Shown here: one piece after another, positions 1 to 7,890 of the stretch
Numbering within the stretch: position 1 is the stretch's first letter
Layout: the number at the start of each line of letters is the position of its first letter
Assembly: GCA_963699545.1 (NCBI GenBank)
Contig: CAVOUE010000005.1
Span: 448,001 to 512,000, forward strand
Reading direction: 5' to 3'
Source of the DNA: Nitrospirota bacterium
GTDB lineage: Bacteria; Nitrospirota; Thermodesulfovibrionia; Thermodesulfovibrionales; UBA9159
DNA: 64,000 bases
The notes under the pieces: generated by a model
Database searches by the model: none
What the model saw: the letters and a program-made list of their open reading frames with translations, nothing else
Told to the model about the DNA's origin: nothing
Position numbers and translations under genes: made by a program

Positions 1-550
1 CGAGACCTGCAGGGGGCATCTCCTCGAAGAGGCACCGGTAACAGTGGCCCTTTCCCGGTACAATGGTGGTGACCTGCCCCTCAAATTTCAGGATGGCACC
101 GCTCACAAGAGGTTTCTTGAGCAGGACGCATGCATCATTGACAAGATACCGTGTCGGGAAATTATCGCTGCCGTCCACCACGATATCATAGTCCCTCATG
201 AAATCCATGATATTGTCCTTATTCATCCGCTCCTTTATTCCCACCACTTTTATGTCGGGATTCAGGGCTTCAAAGGTGGCCTTCGCTGAATCCACTTTCA
301 GCATGCCGAGACGGCCGGTGTTATGGGCGATCTGGCGCTGGAGATTGCTCAACTCCACAGAGTCGTTGTCAACCATCCCGATGATCCCCACACCGGCGGC
401 AGCAAGATAATATCCCACCGGGCAGCCCAGACCGCCGGCCCCGATGATAAGGACCTTCGCCTGGAGGATCTTTTTCTGACCCTTTCCGCCGACCTCGGGC
501 AGGATGATATGCCTGCTGTATCGCTGGAGCTGATCCTCCGTGAATTCCAC
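1..550 (-). CDS. moeB: HesA/MoeB/ThiF family adenylyltransferase (partial, runs off window start)
   Basis: Manual translation from GTG at 550: MEFTEDQLQRYSRHIILPEVGGKGQKKILQAKVLIIGAGGLGCP..., the typical MoeB N-terminus; start overlaps the tusA stop. Confidence 0.9.
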   Translation of the reverse strand, partial: MEFTEDQLQRYSRHIILPEVGGKGQKKILQAKVLIIGAGGLGCPVGYYLAAAGVGIIGMVDNDSVELSNLQRQIAHNTGRLGMLKVDSAKATFEALNPDIKVVGIKERMNKDNIMDFMRDYDIVVDGSDNFPTRYLVNDACVLLKKPLVSGAILKFEGQVTTIVPGKGHCYRCLFEEMPPAGL

Positions 551-795
551 TACTCCTTCTCCTTCCTGACCTGGATGATCCAGTCAGTGTCATTGATCTT
601 CTCCACCTTCAAGACACGCTGACCATGATCTTCCATGGATTTCGGAATGCTCCTGGATGCTTCCTCATAGTCAAGAAGGATCTCAATGGTCTGGCCGACC
701 TCCAGATCTTCGACAGCGAGCTTTGATTTCACAAACGTGTAGGGACAGACAAGCCCCTTAATGTTTATCTTTTTGTCGATCTTCAGATCTTCCAT
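550..795 (-). CDS. tusA: TusA/SirA family sulfur carrier protein
   Basis: GLVCPY motif, 81 aa from ATG at 795 with upstream GAGGAGG. Confidence 0.88.
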   Translation of the reverse strand: MEDLKIDKKINIKGLVCPYTFVKSKLAVEDLEVGQTIEILLDYEEASRSIPKSMEDHGQRVLKVEKINDTDWIIQVRKEKE

Positions 796-927
796 CCCGT
801 TTCCCTCCTCGTCATTCAGCTGAGCCTGTGGGTATATATTAGCTAACCTTATTGACACATAAGCGTTACTTATTATGACCGAACGAGAGAAGAAAAGCAA
901 CAGGTCCGGGACGACAAGGGGCCGGCC

Positions 928-2235
928 TCATTCCTCTTTTCCCTCGACTCTTACAAACAGGGTCTTATCAGAGACGACCGGAAGGTTGTCGATCTCCCTG
1001 ACGGCGTTCAGGACGTCACGTTCCTTCGCCCTATGGGTCAGAACAACCAGGGGAACCGAACCACTGATGCTCCTCCCTTTCTGGATCACCGACGCAATGC
1101 TTATATTGCACTTACCGAGGATCCCTGATATGTTCGAAAGGACCCCAGGCTTGTCCAGGGCAGAGAACCTGAAGTAGTACATGCTCTCGACCTCTTCCAT
1201 TTTCCTGATCTTCCTCGTTCCCGCCCCTTCCGAGATCCACGGTATCCTCCTGACACCGCCGGAGATGATGTTCCTCCCGATGTCAACGATGTCCGCTATC
1301 ACAGCACTGCCCGTCGGCAAATCGCCGGCCCCTCTTCCGTAGTACAGGGTCGACCCTACAGCATCGCCCTCAACATACACCGCATTAAATACGCCGTCCA
1401 CCTTCGAGATCAGATACTCGCTGGGTATCATGGTCGGATGGACTCTCAGCTCGACCTCCCCGTCTGTAGCCTTGGTTATGGCAAGAAGCTTCACCTTATA
1501 TCCCAGTTCCGAGGCGAATTCGATGTCCTGTGAGGTTATCCTTGTAATCCCCTCCTTATAAACACGATCCAGCGAGAGGGGAATCCCGTAGGCAAGGGAG
1601 GAAAGGATGGTAAGTTTATGGGCCGAATCGATGCCCTCGATATCGAAGGTGGGATCCGCCTCTGCATAACCGAGCCTCTGCGCGTCCTTCAGTGCATCGG
1701 AAAATTCAACTTTTTCCTCGGTCATCCTGGTGAGGATGTAATTGGAGGTCCCGTTGATAATGCCGTAGATCGCAATCATATTGTTCGCCACGAGCCCCTC
1801 GCGTATGACCTTGATGATCGGTATCCCCCCTGCCACAGACGCCTCGAACCCAATCTCAACGCCCTGCTTCTGCGCCTCGCTGAACAGCTCGTTGCCCTCA
1901 GTGGCAAGGAGAGCCTTGTTCGCAGTCACCACGTGTTTCCTTCTCCGGATAGCGTCAAGGATAAACTCTTTCGCCGGATGGATGCCTCCCACGAGTTCAA
2001 CAACAATATCTATGTCAGGATCATTAAGGACTTCCCCGGCGTCAGGCGTAAGAACGCCTCCCGGCAGGGTAATCCCCCTGTCCCTCTGAAGGTCCCTGTC
2101 CGCAACTTTCTTGAGGACGATATCGAAACCGGTCCTTTCTGAAAGAATGTTTCTGTTTTCAAGAAGGATCTTCGCGGTGCCGCTCCCGACTGTGCCGAAA
2201 CCGATAACGCCGACGCTTATCTTGTTCTTTCCCAT
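928..2235 (-). CDS. hom: Homoserine dehydrogenase with C-terminal ACT domain
   Basis: GFGTVG Rossmann motif, VVTANKA, FEASVAGGIP, GIINGTSNYIL, EADPTFDIEG, GRGAG, ACT DKPGVL; start re-set to MGKNK. Confidence 0.96.
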   Translation of the reverse strand: MGKNKISVGVIGFGTVGSGTAKILLENRNILSERTGFDIVLKKVADRDLQRDRGITLPGGVLTPDAGEVLNDPDIDIVVELVGGIHPAKEFILDAIRRRKHVVTANKALLATEGNELFSEAQKQGVEIGFEASVAGGIPIIKVIREGLVANNMIAIYGIINGTSNYILTRMTEEKVEFSDALKDAQRLGYAEADPTFDIEGIDSAHKLTILSSLAYGIPLSLDRVYKEGITRITSQDIEFASELGYKVKLLAITKATDGEVELRVHPTMIPSEYLISKVDGVFNAVYVEGDAVGSTLYYGRGAGDLPTGSAVIADIVDIGRNIISGGVRRIPWISEGAGTRKIRKMEEVESMYYFRFSALDKPGVLSNISGILGKCNISIASVIQKGRSISGSVPLVVLTHRAKERDVLNAVREIDNLPVVSDKTLFVRVEGKEE

Positions 2236-2363
2236 CCTTGGCTCCCTGTCATCCGTATTGGCATATCGTATATTATGCTCCAAAAGGATGAAGTACTTCA
2301 ACACGTCTGCAGGTGCAACGCCCCGTCCGCGCGACAGTCGGACACTTACGGTATAATAGAACA

Positions 2364-4265
2364 ATGTCGGAATACGGACAGATCCATAATCGAAGGGACC
2401 GGCCCCAAAAGTCCGGAGGCACATCGGGCACTGATGGGAGAATGCCCCGAGGGGTGCGCCTGCCCTCATTTCTTTCGAAATGGATGCTGCTGTTCTGCGC
2501 ATTCTCTCTCCTCGCAGGGGCGGTTGCCGGGTTCGTCTACTGGAGCATTTCAGACCTCCCTGCCCTTAAATCCCTGGAGGAGTATTCCCCGGCCGAATCC
2601 TCCCTGGTATACTCATCTGACGGCGAGATCCTCGCAGAACTCTACCTCGAAAGAAGGACATTCATCCCCTATTACAAAATCCCCGACCACGTGAAAAAAG
2701 CCTTCATCGCCATAGAGGACGTACGTTTTTACAGTCACCCCGGCGTAGACTTTATCGGCATTCTCAGGGCCCTCTATCAGGACCTCAAGACCAGAAGCAT
2801 TGCCCAGGGCGGGAGCACCATCACGCAGCAGCTTGCAAAAATGGTCTTCCTCAAGCCTGAGAGAAGCGTGAAGCGGAAGTTGAAGGAGGCGGCCATCTCT
2901 ATCCAGATAGAGAAACGCTACACGAAGGACGAGATACTGGGGCTTTACCTGAACCAGGCGTATTTCGGGACGCGCGCCTACGGCATCGAGGCGGCGGCGC
3001 AGACTTACTTTGGCAAGTCAGTGGGTCAGCTCACCGTGGGTGATGCCGCAGTCCTGGCCTCTCTGCCCAAGGCTCCCTCCCAATACTCACCCTTTAGGAA
3101 TCCCGAGAAGGCGAAGGAGAGGAAAACCACGGTACTGAGACTGATGCTGCAGGACAAATTCATCACAAGGGCACAGTACGAAGAGGCAGAAAGCGACCCC
3201 ATGCCGGTAACCCCGCACTACCGTAAATATGAGGCGCCCTATTTTGTCGAGATAGTGAGACAGGAACTGGAGGCGAGATTCAATCATGAACTCTATACCG
3301 CCGGATACAAGATTTACTCCTCCATAGACTCCTCGATGCAGAAGGCGGCGGAGGAGGCCGTGACGAACGGAATCATCGCTGTCGAGAAAAGGGCAAAGAA
3401 GGGGGTGCAGGCCGCGCTCATCGCCGTAGAGATAAAGACCGGCCAGATCAGGTCAATGGTGGGAGGCTCTGACTTCTGGAAAAACCAGTTCAACCGGTCG
3501 ACGCAGGCGCTGCGGCAGCCCGGTTCCGCCTTCAAGCCCTTTGTGTATCTCACGGCCATCGAACACGGGATGACTTCCACTGATACGATACTGGACGCCC
3601 CTATCTCCTTCAAAGGGGCCAGGCCGGGTCACCCATGGAGCCCGAAGAACTATGACGGGAAGTATCATGGCACAGTCACCCTCAAGACCGCCCTTGCAAA
3701 GTCCCTGAATGCCGCCACCGTACGGCTTGCGGACAGGGTGGGAGTCGACAGTATCATCGAGACTGCCCAGAGGCTCGGCATAAGGAGCACCCTCCAGCCG
3801 TATCTTCCCATCGCCCTGGGCGCCTCGGATGTGACCCTCATGGATATGGTGTGTGCGTACAGTGCCTTTGCCACCGGCACTCAGGTGAAGCCCGTGTTCT
3901 ATGAATGGGTGATGAACAAGGACGGAATGCCGGTGAGCGAGATGAAGGAGGAAAGGACCGATATCATATCCCAGGAGGATACGGAGGAGATGAGAAAATT
4001 GCTCCGGGCCGTTGTGGAGGAAGGGACGGCCATGAGGGCTAAGGAACTCAAGAGAACGCTCTACGGAAAGACCGGTACCACGAACGATTACTCAGACGCA
4101 TGGTTCATAGGCTTCGATGACCGTCTTGTGGTGGGTGTCTGGGTGGGAAGGGACGACCACACGCCCATAGGGGTAAAGGAAACAGGCGCCAGGGCGGCTC
4201 TCCCCATATGGATGGAGTTTATGAAAAAAGTGCCTCAACAAACTCTTTCGAATCAAAATCCCTGA
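2364..4265 (+). CDS. Class A penicillin-binding protein (PBP1A family)
   Basis: TM anchor, EDVRFYSHPG, GGSTITQQL, RKLKE, SAFK (SxxK), SLN, KTGT; start uncertain (2364 or 2442). Confidence 0.95.
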   Translation: MSEYGQIHNRRDRPQKSGGTSGTDGRMPRGVRLPSFLSKWMLLFCAFSLLAGAVAGFVYWSISDLPALKSLEEYSPAESSLVYSSDGEILAELYLERRTFIPYYKIPDHVKKAFIAIEDVRFYSHPGVDFIGILRALYQDLKTRSIAQGGSTITQQLAKMVFLKPERSVKRKLKEAAISIQIEKRYTKDEILGLYLNQAYFGTRAYGIEAAAQTYFGKSVGQLTVGDAAVLASLPKAPSQYSPFRNPEKAKERKTTVLRLMLQDKFITRAQYEEAESDPMPVTPHYRKYEAPYFVEIVRQELEARFNHELYTAGYKIYSSIDSSMQKAAEEAVTNGIIAVEKRAKKGVQAALIAVEIKTGQIRSMVGGSDFWKNQFNRSTQALRQPGSAFKPFVYLTAIEHGMTSTDTILDAPISFKGARPGHPWSPKNYDGKYHGTVTLKTALAKSLNAATVRLADRVGVDSIIETAQRLGIRSTLQPYLPIALGASDVTLMDMVCAYSAFATGTQVKPVFYEWVMNKDGMPVSEMKEERTDIISQEDTEEMRKLLRAVVEEGTAMRAKELKRTLYGKTGTTNDYSDAWFIGFDDRLVVGVWVGRDDHTPIGVKETGARAALPIWMEFMKKVPQQTLSNQNP

Positions 4266-5124
4266 GATCTTCTCCTCCCTCGCCAACACCGATGAGACGT
4301 ATGGGTATCCCGAGTTCCTTCTTTATGGCAAATACGATCCCGCCCTTGGCAGTGCCATCCAGCTTCGTGAGGGCGATACCGGTCACTCCCACAGCGCTGT
4401 CAAATATCTCTGCCTGCCTGAGGGCATTCTGTCCTGTGGTGGCGTCCACCACGAGAAGAGTTTCGTGGGGAGCCCCCGGCATGGCTTTGTCGATCACCCT
4501 CCTCACTTTCTTCAGCTCTTCCATGAGCGGACTTTTTGTATGAAGCCTTCCGGCAGTATCGATGATCACCACATCCACTTTCCTGCTCCTGGCTGCGGAA
4601 AGCGAATCAAAGGCGACCGCAGCAGGATCCGAGCCGCTCTGATGTTTCACGATCTGGGCCCCGGTTCTCCTGGACCATATCTCGAGCTGCTCTGCGGCTG
4701 CGGCACGGAACGTGTCACCGGCTGCCAGAAGAACCGATTTCCCTTCAGAGATAAAACGGCCTGCAAGTTTTCCGATGGTGGTGGTCTTCCCGACCCCGTT
4801 CACACCCACAGTGAGGATAACAAAGGGCCTTTCTCCTGATACAACGAGAGGCAGGGACGGCCCGAGCAGCGTCGTCATCTCCTGTTTGAGGAACTCCCTG
4901 ACGTCTTCAGTATTGCGGATCTCGCCCTGCTTCGCCTTGTCCCTGAGGAGATCCACGATCTCCCCTGTGGCCTTGACGCCGACATCCGACGCGATAAGGG
5001 TCTCCTCAAGTTCATCGAGGGTCTCGTCATCGATCGCTCTTCCGGTGAAAAGCGCCTCCACCTTCCCGATGAAGCCCTTCCTCGTTTTTTCAAGTCCTTC
5101 CTTTAACCTGTCAAAAAAACCCAT
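4219..5124 (-). CDS. ftsY: Signal recognition particle receptor FtsY
   Basis: GVNGVGKTTT, DTFRAAA, DTAGR, TKLDGTAKGG; 3' end overlaps the convergent PBP gene by 47 bp. Confidence 0.97.
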   Translation of the reverse strand: MGFFDRLKEGLEKTRKGFIGKVEALFTGRAIDDETLDELEETLIASDVGVKATGEIVDLLRDKAKQGEIRNTEDVREFLKQEMTTLLGPSLPLVVSGERPFVILTVGVNGVGKTTTIGKLAGRFISEGKSVLLAAGDTFRAAAAEQLEIWSRRTGAQIVKHQSGSDPAAVAFDSLSAARSRKVDVVIIDTAGRLHTKSPLMEELKKVRRVIDKAMPGAPHETLLVVDATTGQNALRQAEIFDSAVGVTGIALTKLDGTAKGGIVFAIKKELGIPIRLIGVGEGGEDLRDFDSKEFVEALFS

Positions 5125-5741
5125 TAGCTCTCCTTCTCAAGTAAGATGATGCCATCATAATAACCCTTTGCTTTTTCCTTTTTCCAGTTTAAAGGATTTT
5201 CGATATCCTCTTCCCATCTCACAGAATTGCTGATAACGTACTGTCTGATGCGATTCAGCTGATCTTCGCCCCGGATGACATGTTCATAGTAGTTGCGCTG
5301 CCATAATCGACCCGAGAGTTCGCTGTTGTTCTGATTTATCCATTTTAAGTACTCCGTTGAAACCATTGATTTAAATGCACCCACGACATTCCCTAAGGTA
5401 GGGGCAGGGCTCGCCCCTGCCCTCTTCACCTTTTCATCATCAGGGTTAACAGGGATTTGACCCTCCGCATGCCGGGCAACCGCAAGGGTTGCCCCTACAT
5501 GAATCCATAAAATGCAGTGGATGTGGTTCGGCATTATCACAAACTCATCCAGTTCAATGCTGGAGAACCTTTTGGGCAGATTCCGCCACTGTTCCTCAAT
5601 TATCGACGCGACAATGGCATCTTCAAAAATGCATTCTTTCTTATATGCGCATATCGTGGCAAAATATGCCCCTTTACTGGAATAGTCGTAACCCTTCAAT
5701 CTGATCGAACGGCGATGATGGATTTCAGGATTATATTTCAT
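5124..5741 (-). CDS. REP-associated tyrosine transposase (RAYT, IS200/Y1 HUH family)
   Basis: HHRRSIRLKGYDYS N-terminus, MPNHIH HUH motif, WQRNYYEHVIR...YVISN. Confidence 0.9.
   Translation of the reverse strand: MKYNPEIHHRRSIRLKGYDYSSKGAYFATICAYKKECIFEDAIVASIIEEQWRNLPKRFSSIELDEFVIMPNHIHCILWIHVGATLAVARHAEGQIPVNPDDEKVKRAGASPAPTLGNVVGAFKSMVSTEYLKWINQNNSELSGRLWQRNYYEHVIRGEDQLNRIRQYVISNSVRWEEDIENPLNWKKEKAKGYYDGIILLEKES
5398..5498. repeat. Inverted pair of GTAG-type REP palindromes inside the RAYT gene
   Basis: GTAGGGGCAGGGCTCGCCCCTGCCC at 5398 and GGGCAACCGCAAGGGTTGCCCCTAC ending 5498. Confidence 0.75.
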
Positions 5742-5831
5742 CTTCCCCCACTGTCTTACAAGAAACGGGGCAGAAAGACATTTCCTGGCAAATTGTCGGG
5801 GGCTTTTCTTGCGGGTTTCTTTATCCCAAGC

Positions 5832-5927
5832 CTATACATACAAGCGGGATTTTCTCCTGCGGCTGTAAGACTCGTAGTCTTCTTCAGGTTCAGCTATCCT
5901 GCGGGTATAAACAAGGTTATAGCTCAC
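5832..5927 (-). pseudogene. Truncated RelE/ParE-like toxin start fused to unrelated sequence
   Basis: GTG overlaps the antitoxin stop; MSYNLVYTRR resembles a RelE N-terminus; stops after 31 aa. Confidence 0.5.
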
Positions 5928-6121
5928 TCTCCAAAAAGCTCTTTATGTGATTTTGTCCTGCCTGTTTTATATTCGGCTCTTGCCTCCTTGATACTTTGAA
6001 GATAATCAGGGGAAGTCATGGCAAGCAAATCTTCAATAAAAGCCTCTCTTTCATATTTCTTCATTTTCTTAACAGCTCCGATAATATCGTCTGATGAAAT
6101 AGGCACTTTTACTTCTATCAT
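5924..6121 (-). CDS. Small putative antitoxin
   Basis: ~65 aa, C-terminal SIKEARAEYKTGRTKSHKELF typical of RelE-partner antitoxins; GGAGGTG RBS. Confidence 0.65.
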   Translation of the reverse strand: MIEVKVPISSDDIIGAVKKMKKYEREAFIEDLLAMTSPDYLQSIKEARAEYKTGRTKSHKELFGE

Positions 6122-6155
6122 GAATAGCACCTCCCTCTAAGTGTTATTTTAACAT

Positions 6156-6233
6156 TCATTCCTTCCCCGCCACAATCTCAATCTCCTCATCGGTCAAACC
6201 ATACAATATGCAAACTATCTCATCTATCAGTTT
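6156..6233 (-). repeat. Remnant 3' end of type IIG-like RM gene, copy 1 (KLIDEIVCILYGLTDEEIEIVAGKE*)
   Basis: Manual translation; contains GAGATTGAGATTGTGG shared with 6799-6818 and 7871-7890. Confidence 0.75.
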
Positions 6234-6262
6234 GACGTTTCTGTTTGGTCCTATATTATCGT

Positions 6263-6454
6263 TTACTGCGGGTCTGGAATTCCAAGCTGTCTGCAAATCT
6301 TCATCGCCAAGAGATCGGCGATATCTGTGTGTCTTGGAATTGTGGTTGATTTATCCGTACTGGCAAGATTTATATAGCGGGAGTGCTTTGCACCTTCTCT
6401 CAAAAGAACACATCCATGGCGTTCCAGGTGCCTGATCAGCTCCTTTCTCTTCAT
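6263..6454 (-). CDS. hicA: HicA family toxin
   Basis: MKRKELIRHLERHGC...REGAKHS...TIPRH...ICRQLGI. Confidence 0.9.
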   Translation of the reverse strand: MKRKELIRHLERHGCVLLREGAKHSRYINLASTDKSTTIPRHTDIADLLAMKICRQLGIPDPQ

Positions 6455-6651
6455 ACCTCAATTTCTTCCAGCACGACCTCACGTTTTGGCAGGGAAGAAA
6501 TATCAACCGGTTTCTGCATTTCACGCACGGCATCGATCAGGTTTTCCTTCGCCTCTTCAATCGTTTTTCCCTGAGTGAGCGCCCCCGGAACATCATCGGC
6601 CCACGCCACCCACCACTTGCCGTCTTTGACAAAAGTGGCTTTTATCTTCAT
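6451..6651 (-). CDS. hicB: HicB family antitoxin (short, no DNA-binding domain)
   Basis: WWVAWADDVPGALTQGKTIEEAKENLIDA; overlaps hicA by ATGA. Confidence 0.9.
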   Translation of the reverse strand: MKIKATFVKDGKWWVAWADDVPGALTQGKTIEEAKENLIDAVREMQKPVDISSLPKREVVLEEIEV

Positions 6652-6785
6652 AGCTTACCTCCTTTGAATCCAACTCCTTTTCTCAACGGCCTTTCCCGCC
6701 ATTTCACCGTCACAGAGGCTGTGCCGCTGTGGGCAAGAGACCGGACCTCCGAAAAGCCTTCCTGAGTTATTATATAACACTTTTA

Positions 6786-6955
6786 TCACTTTACCCCTCC
6801 CTCCACAATCTCAATCTCTTCCTGTGTGAGGTCATAGAGCCTATATACTATCTGGTCTATCAGATTATCTGTTGCTTTTATCTTCTCCTTCAACGGCTCA
6901 AGAACGGCACTGCTCTTTATGAAATGTTTCTCCAATAATTCCTGAGTCTTTCGAC
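6786..6955 (-). repeat. Remnant 3' end of type IIG-like RM gene, copy 2 (...LKEKIKATDNLIDQIVYRLYDLTQEEIEIVEGGVK*)
   Basis: Manual translation, ~55 codons with no in-frame start; IDxxVYxLYxLTxEEIxIVE is the common C-terminus of Eco57I/TaqI-like fused RM enzymes. Confidence 0.8.
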
Positions 6956-7018
6956 CCGGCCTTCAATTCCTCTTCAACCCACCTTGTCGTTCCCTGAAAA
7001 CTCATGTTGTTTCCTCTC

Positions 7019-7846
7019 CTATGATGCTTCCGAAAGTCTTTCCATCCATATTCCGTTCAAATACGACAAATCTCCCGCATCAGCGTCATGGAGCGCCTTC
7101 AGGTACCGCTTCTTCCCTTGAGGGTCAACTGACGCAGTCTCAGCGGTCGGAAGCCTTAGCCTGAAAAGTATTGCAGACAATAAAATCCTGCCGACACGGC
7201 CATTGAAATCCTTAAACGGATGAATCCACTGAAACCGCCAGTCGGCATAGGCAAGAGTCTCTGCAAATTTTTCAATGTCCCTCTTTTGCAGGGCCCCTGT
7301 GAGCCGAACGGCAAGATCGTCGCAATACAAGCGCATGTGAACAGGGACTTCGAAATATGGCGGAGGGATATGTGAGCCTACCTGGACATTCACATCTCTG
7401 AACCTTCCCGCCCAGTCAGGGAACAATGAGCCTGCTATGTCGCTGTGAAGTTTGCATATCCACTCCGGGGTAATGTGAATATCTTCAGGAATCCCATTAG
7501 TGATCTGCTCCACGCTTATTGCGACGGATACGGCGAGGATTTCTGCTACTTCAGAATATGTCTTTATACCCTGCGCTGTTTCAAAATAGCGGGTTGAATC
7601 TATCGGACGTGTGCTGCCTTCTCCCTTTCGAGGAGCTCCTTCAGGCGGCTCATACTCACTGGCTCCTTCTCGAACTCCATGGACTTCACCACCCAGTCCA
7701 GTATCTTCTCCTGATATGCCTTCCTGAGCACGTTTATATCTGCGTGACTTTCCTGCCACTTTTCGAGCCTTTGCTGGGCCTTCTTTATCTCTGCCTTTGT
7801 CATCTTGTTCTTCCTTGCTTTTATTTTGACATTTATTAGTTTTCAT
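7019..7846 (-). CDS. Fic/DOC family protein (true start uncertain)
   Basis: Fic motif HPFKDFNGRVGR; first ~80 codons overlap the 7600-7803 ORF in another frame. Confidence 0.85.
   Translation of the reverse strand: MKTNKCQNKSKEEQDDKGRDKEGPAKARKVAGKSRRYKRAQEGISGEDTGLGGEVHGVREGASEYEPPEGAPRKGEGSTRPIDSTRYFETAQGIKTYSEVAEILAVSVAISVEQITNGIPEDIHITPEWICKLHSDIAGSLFPDWAGRFRDVNVQVGSHIPPPYFEVPVHMRLYCDDLAVRLTGALQKRDIEKFAETLAYADWRFQWIHPFKDFNGRVGRILLSAILFRLRLPTAETASVDPQGKKRYLKALHDADAGDLSYLNGIWMERLSEAS
7600..7803 (-). CDS. Small protein upstream of Fic, putative antitoxin
   Basis: 67 aa, charged and helical; VVKSMEFEKE loosely resembles the (S/T)xxxE(G/N) Fic-inhibitory helix. Confidence 0.6.
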   Translation of the reverse strand: MTKAEIKKAQQRLEKWQESHADINVLRKAYQEKILDWVVKSMEFEKEPVSMSRLKELLEREKAAHVR

Positions 7847-7870
7847 TGCAATAGTTTCGATTTTCTTTTC

Positions 7871-7890
7871 CCCTCCACAATCTCAATCTC
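7871..7890 (-). repeat. Copy 3 of the GAGATTGAGATTGTGGAGGG motif, overlapping the S-subunit stop
   Basis: 20/20 identical to 6799-6818. Confidence 0.85.

Noticed and set aside
2236-2502. N-terminal extension of the hom ORF (similar extensions on tusA, YtxH, GNAT and dual-OB ORFs)
   Set aside because: Artefacts of longest-ORF calling; family similarity and RBS begin at downstream starts.
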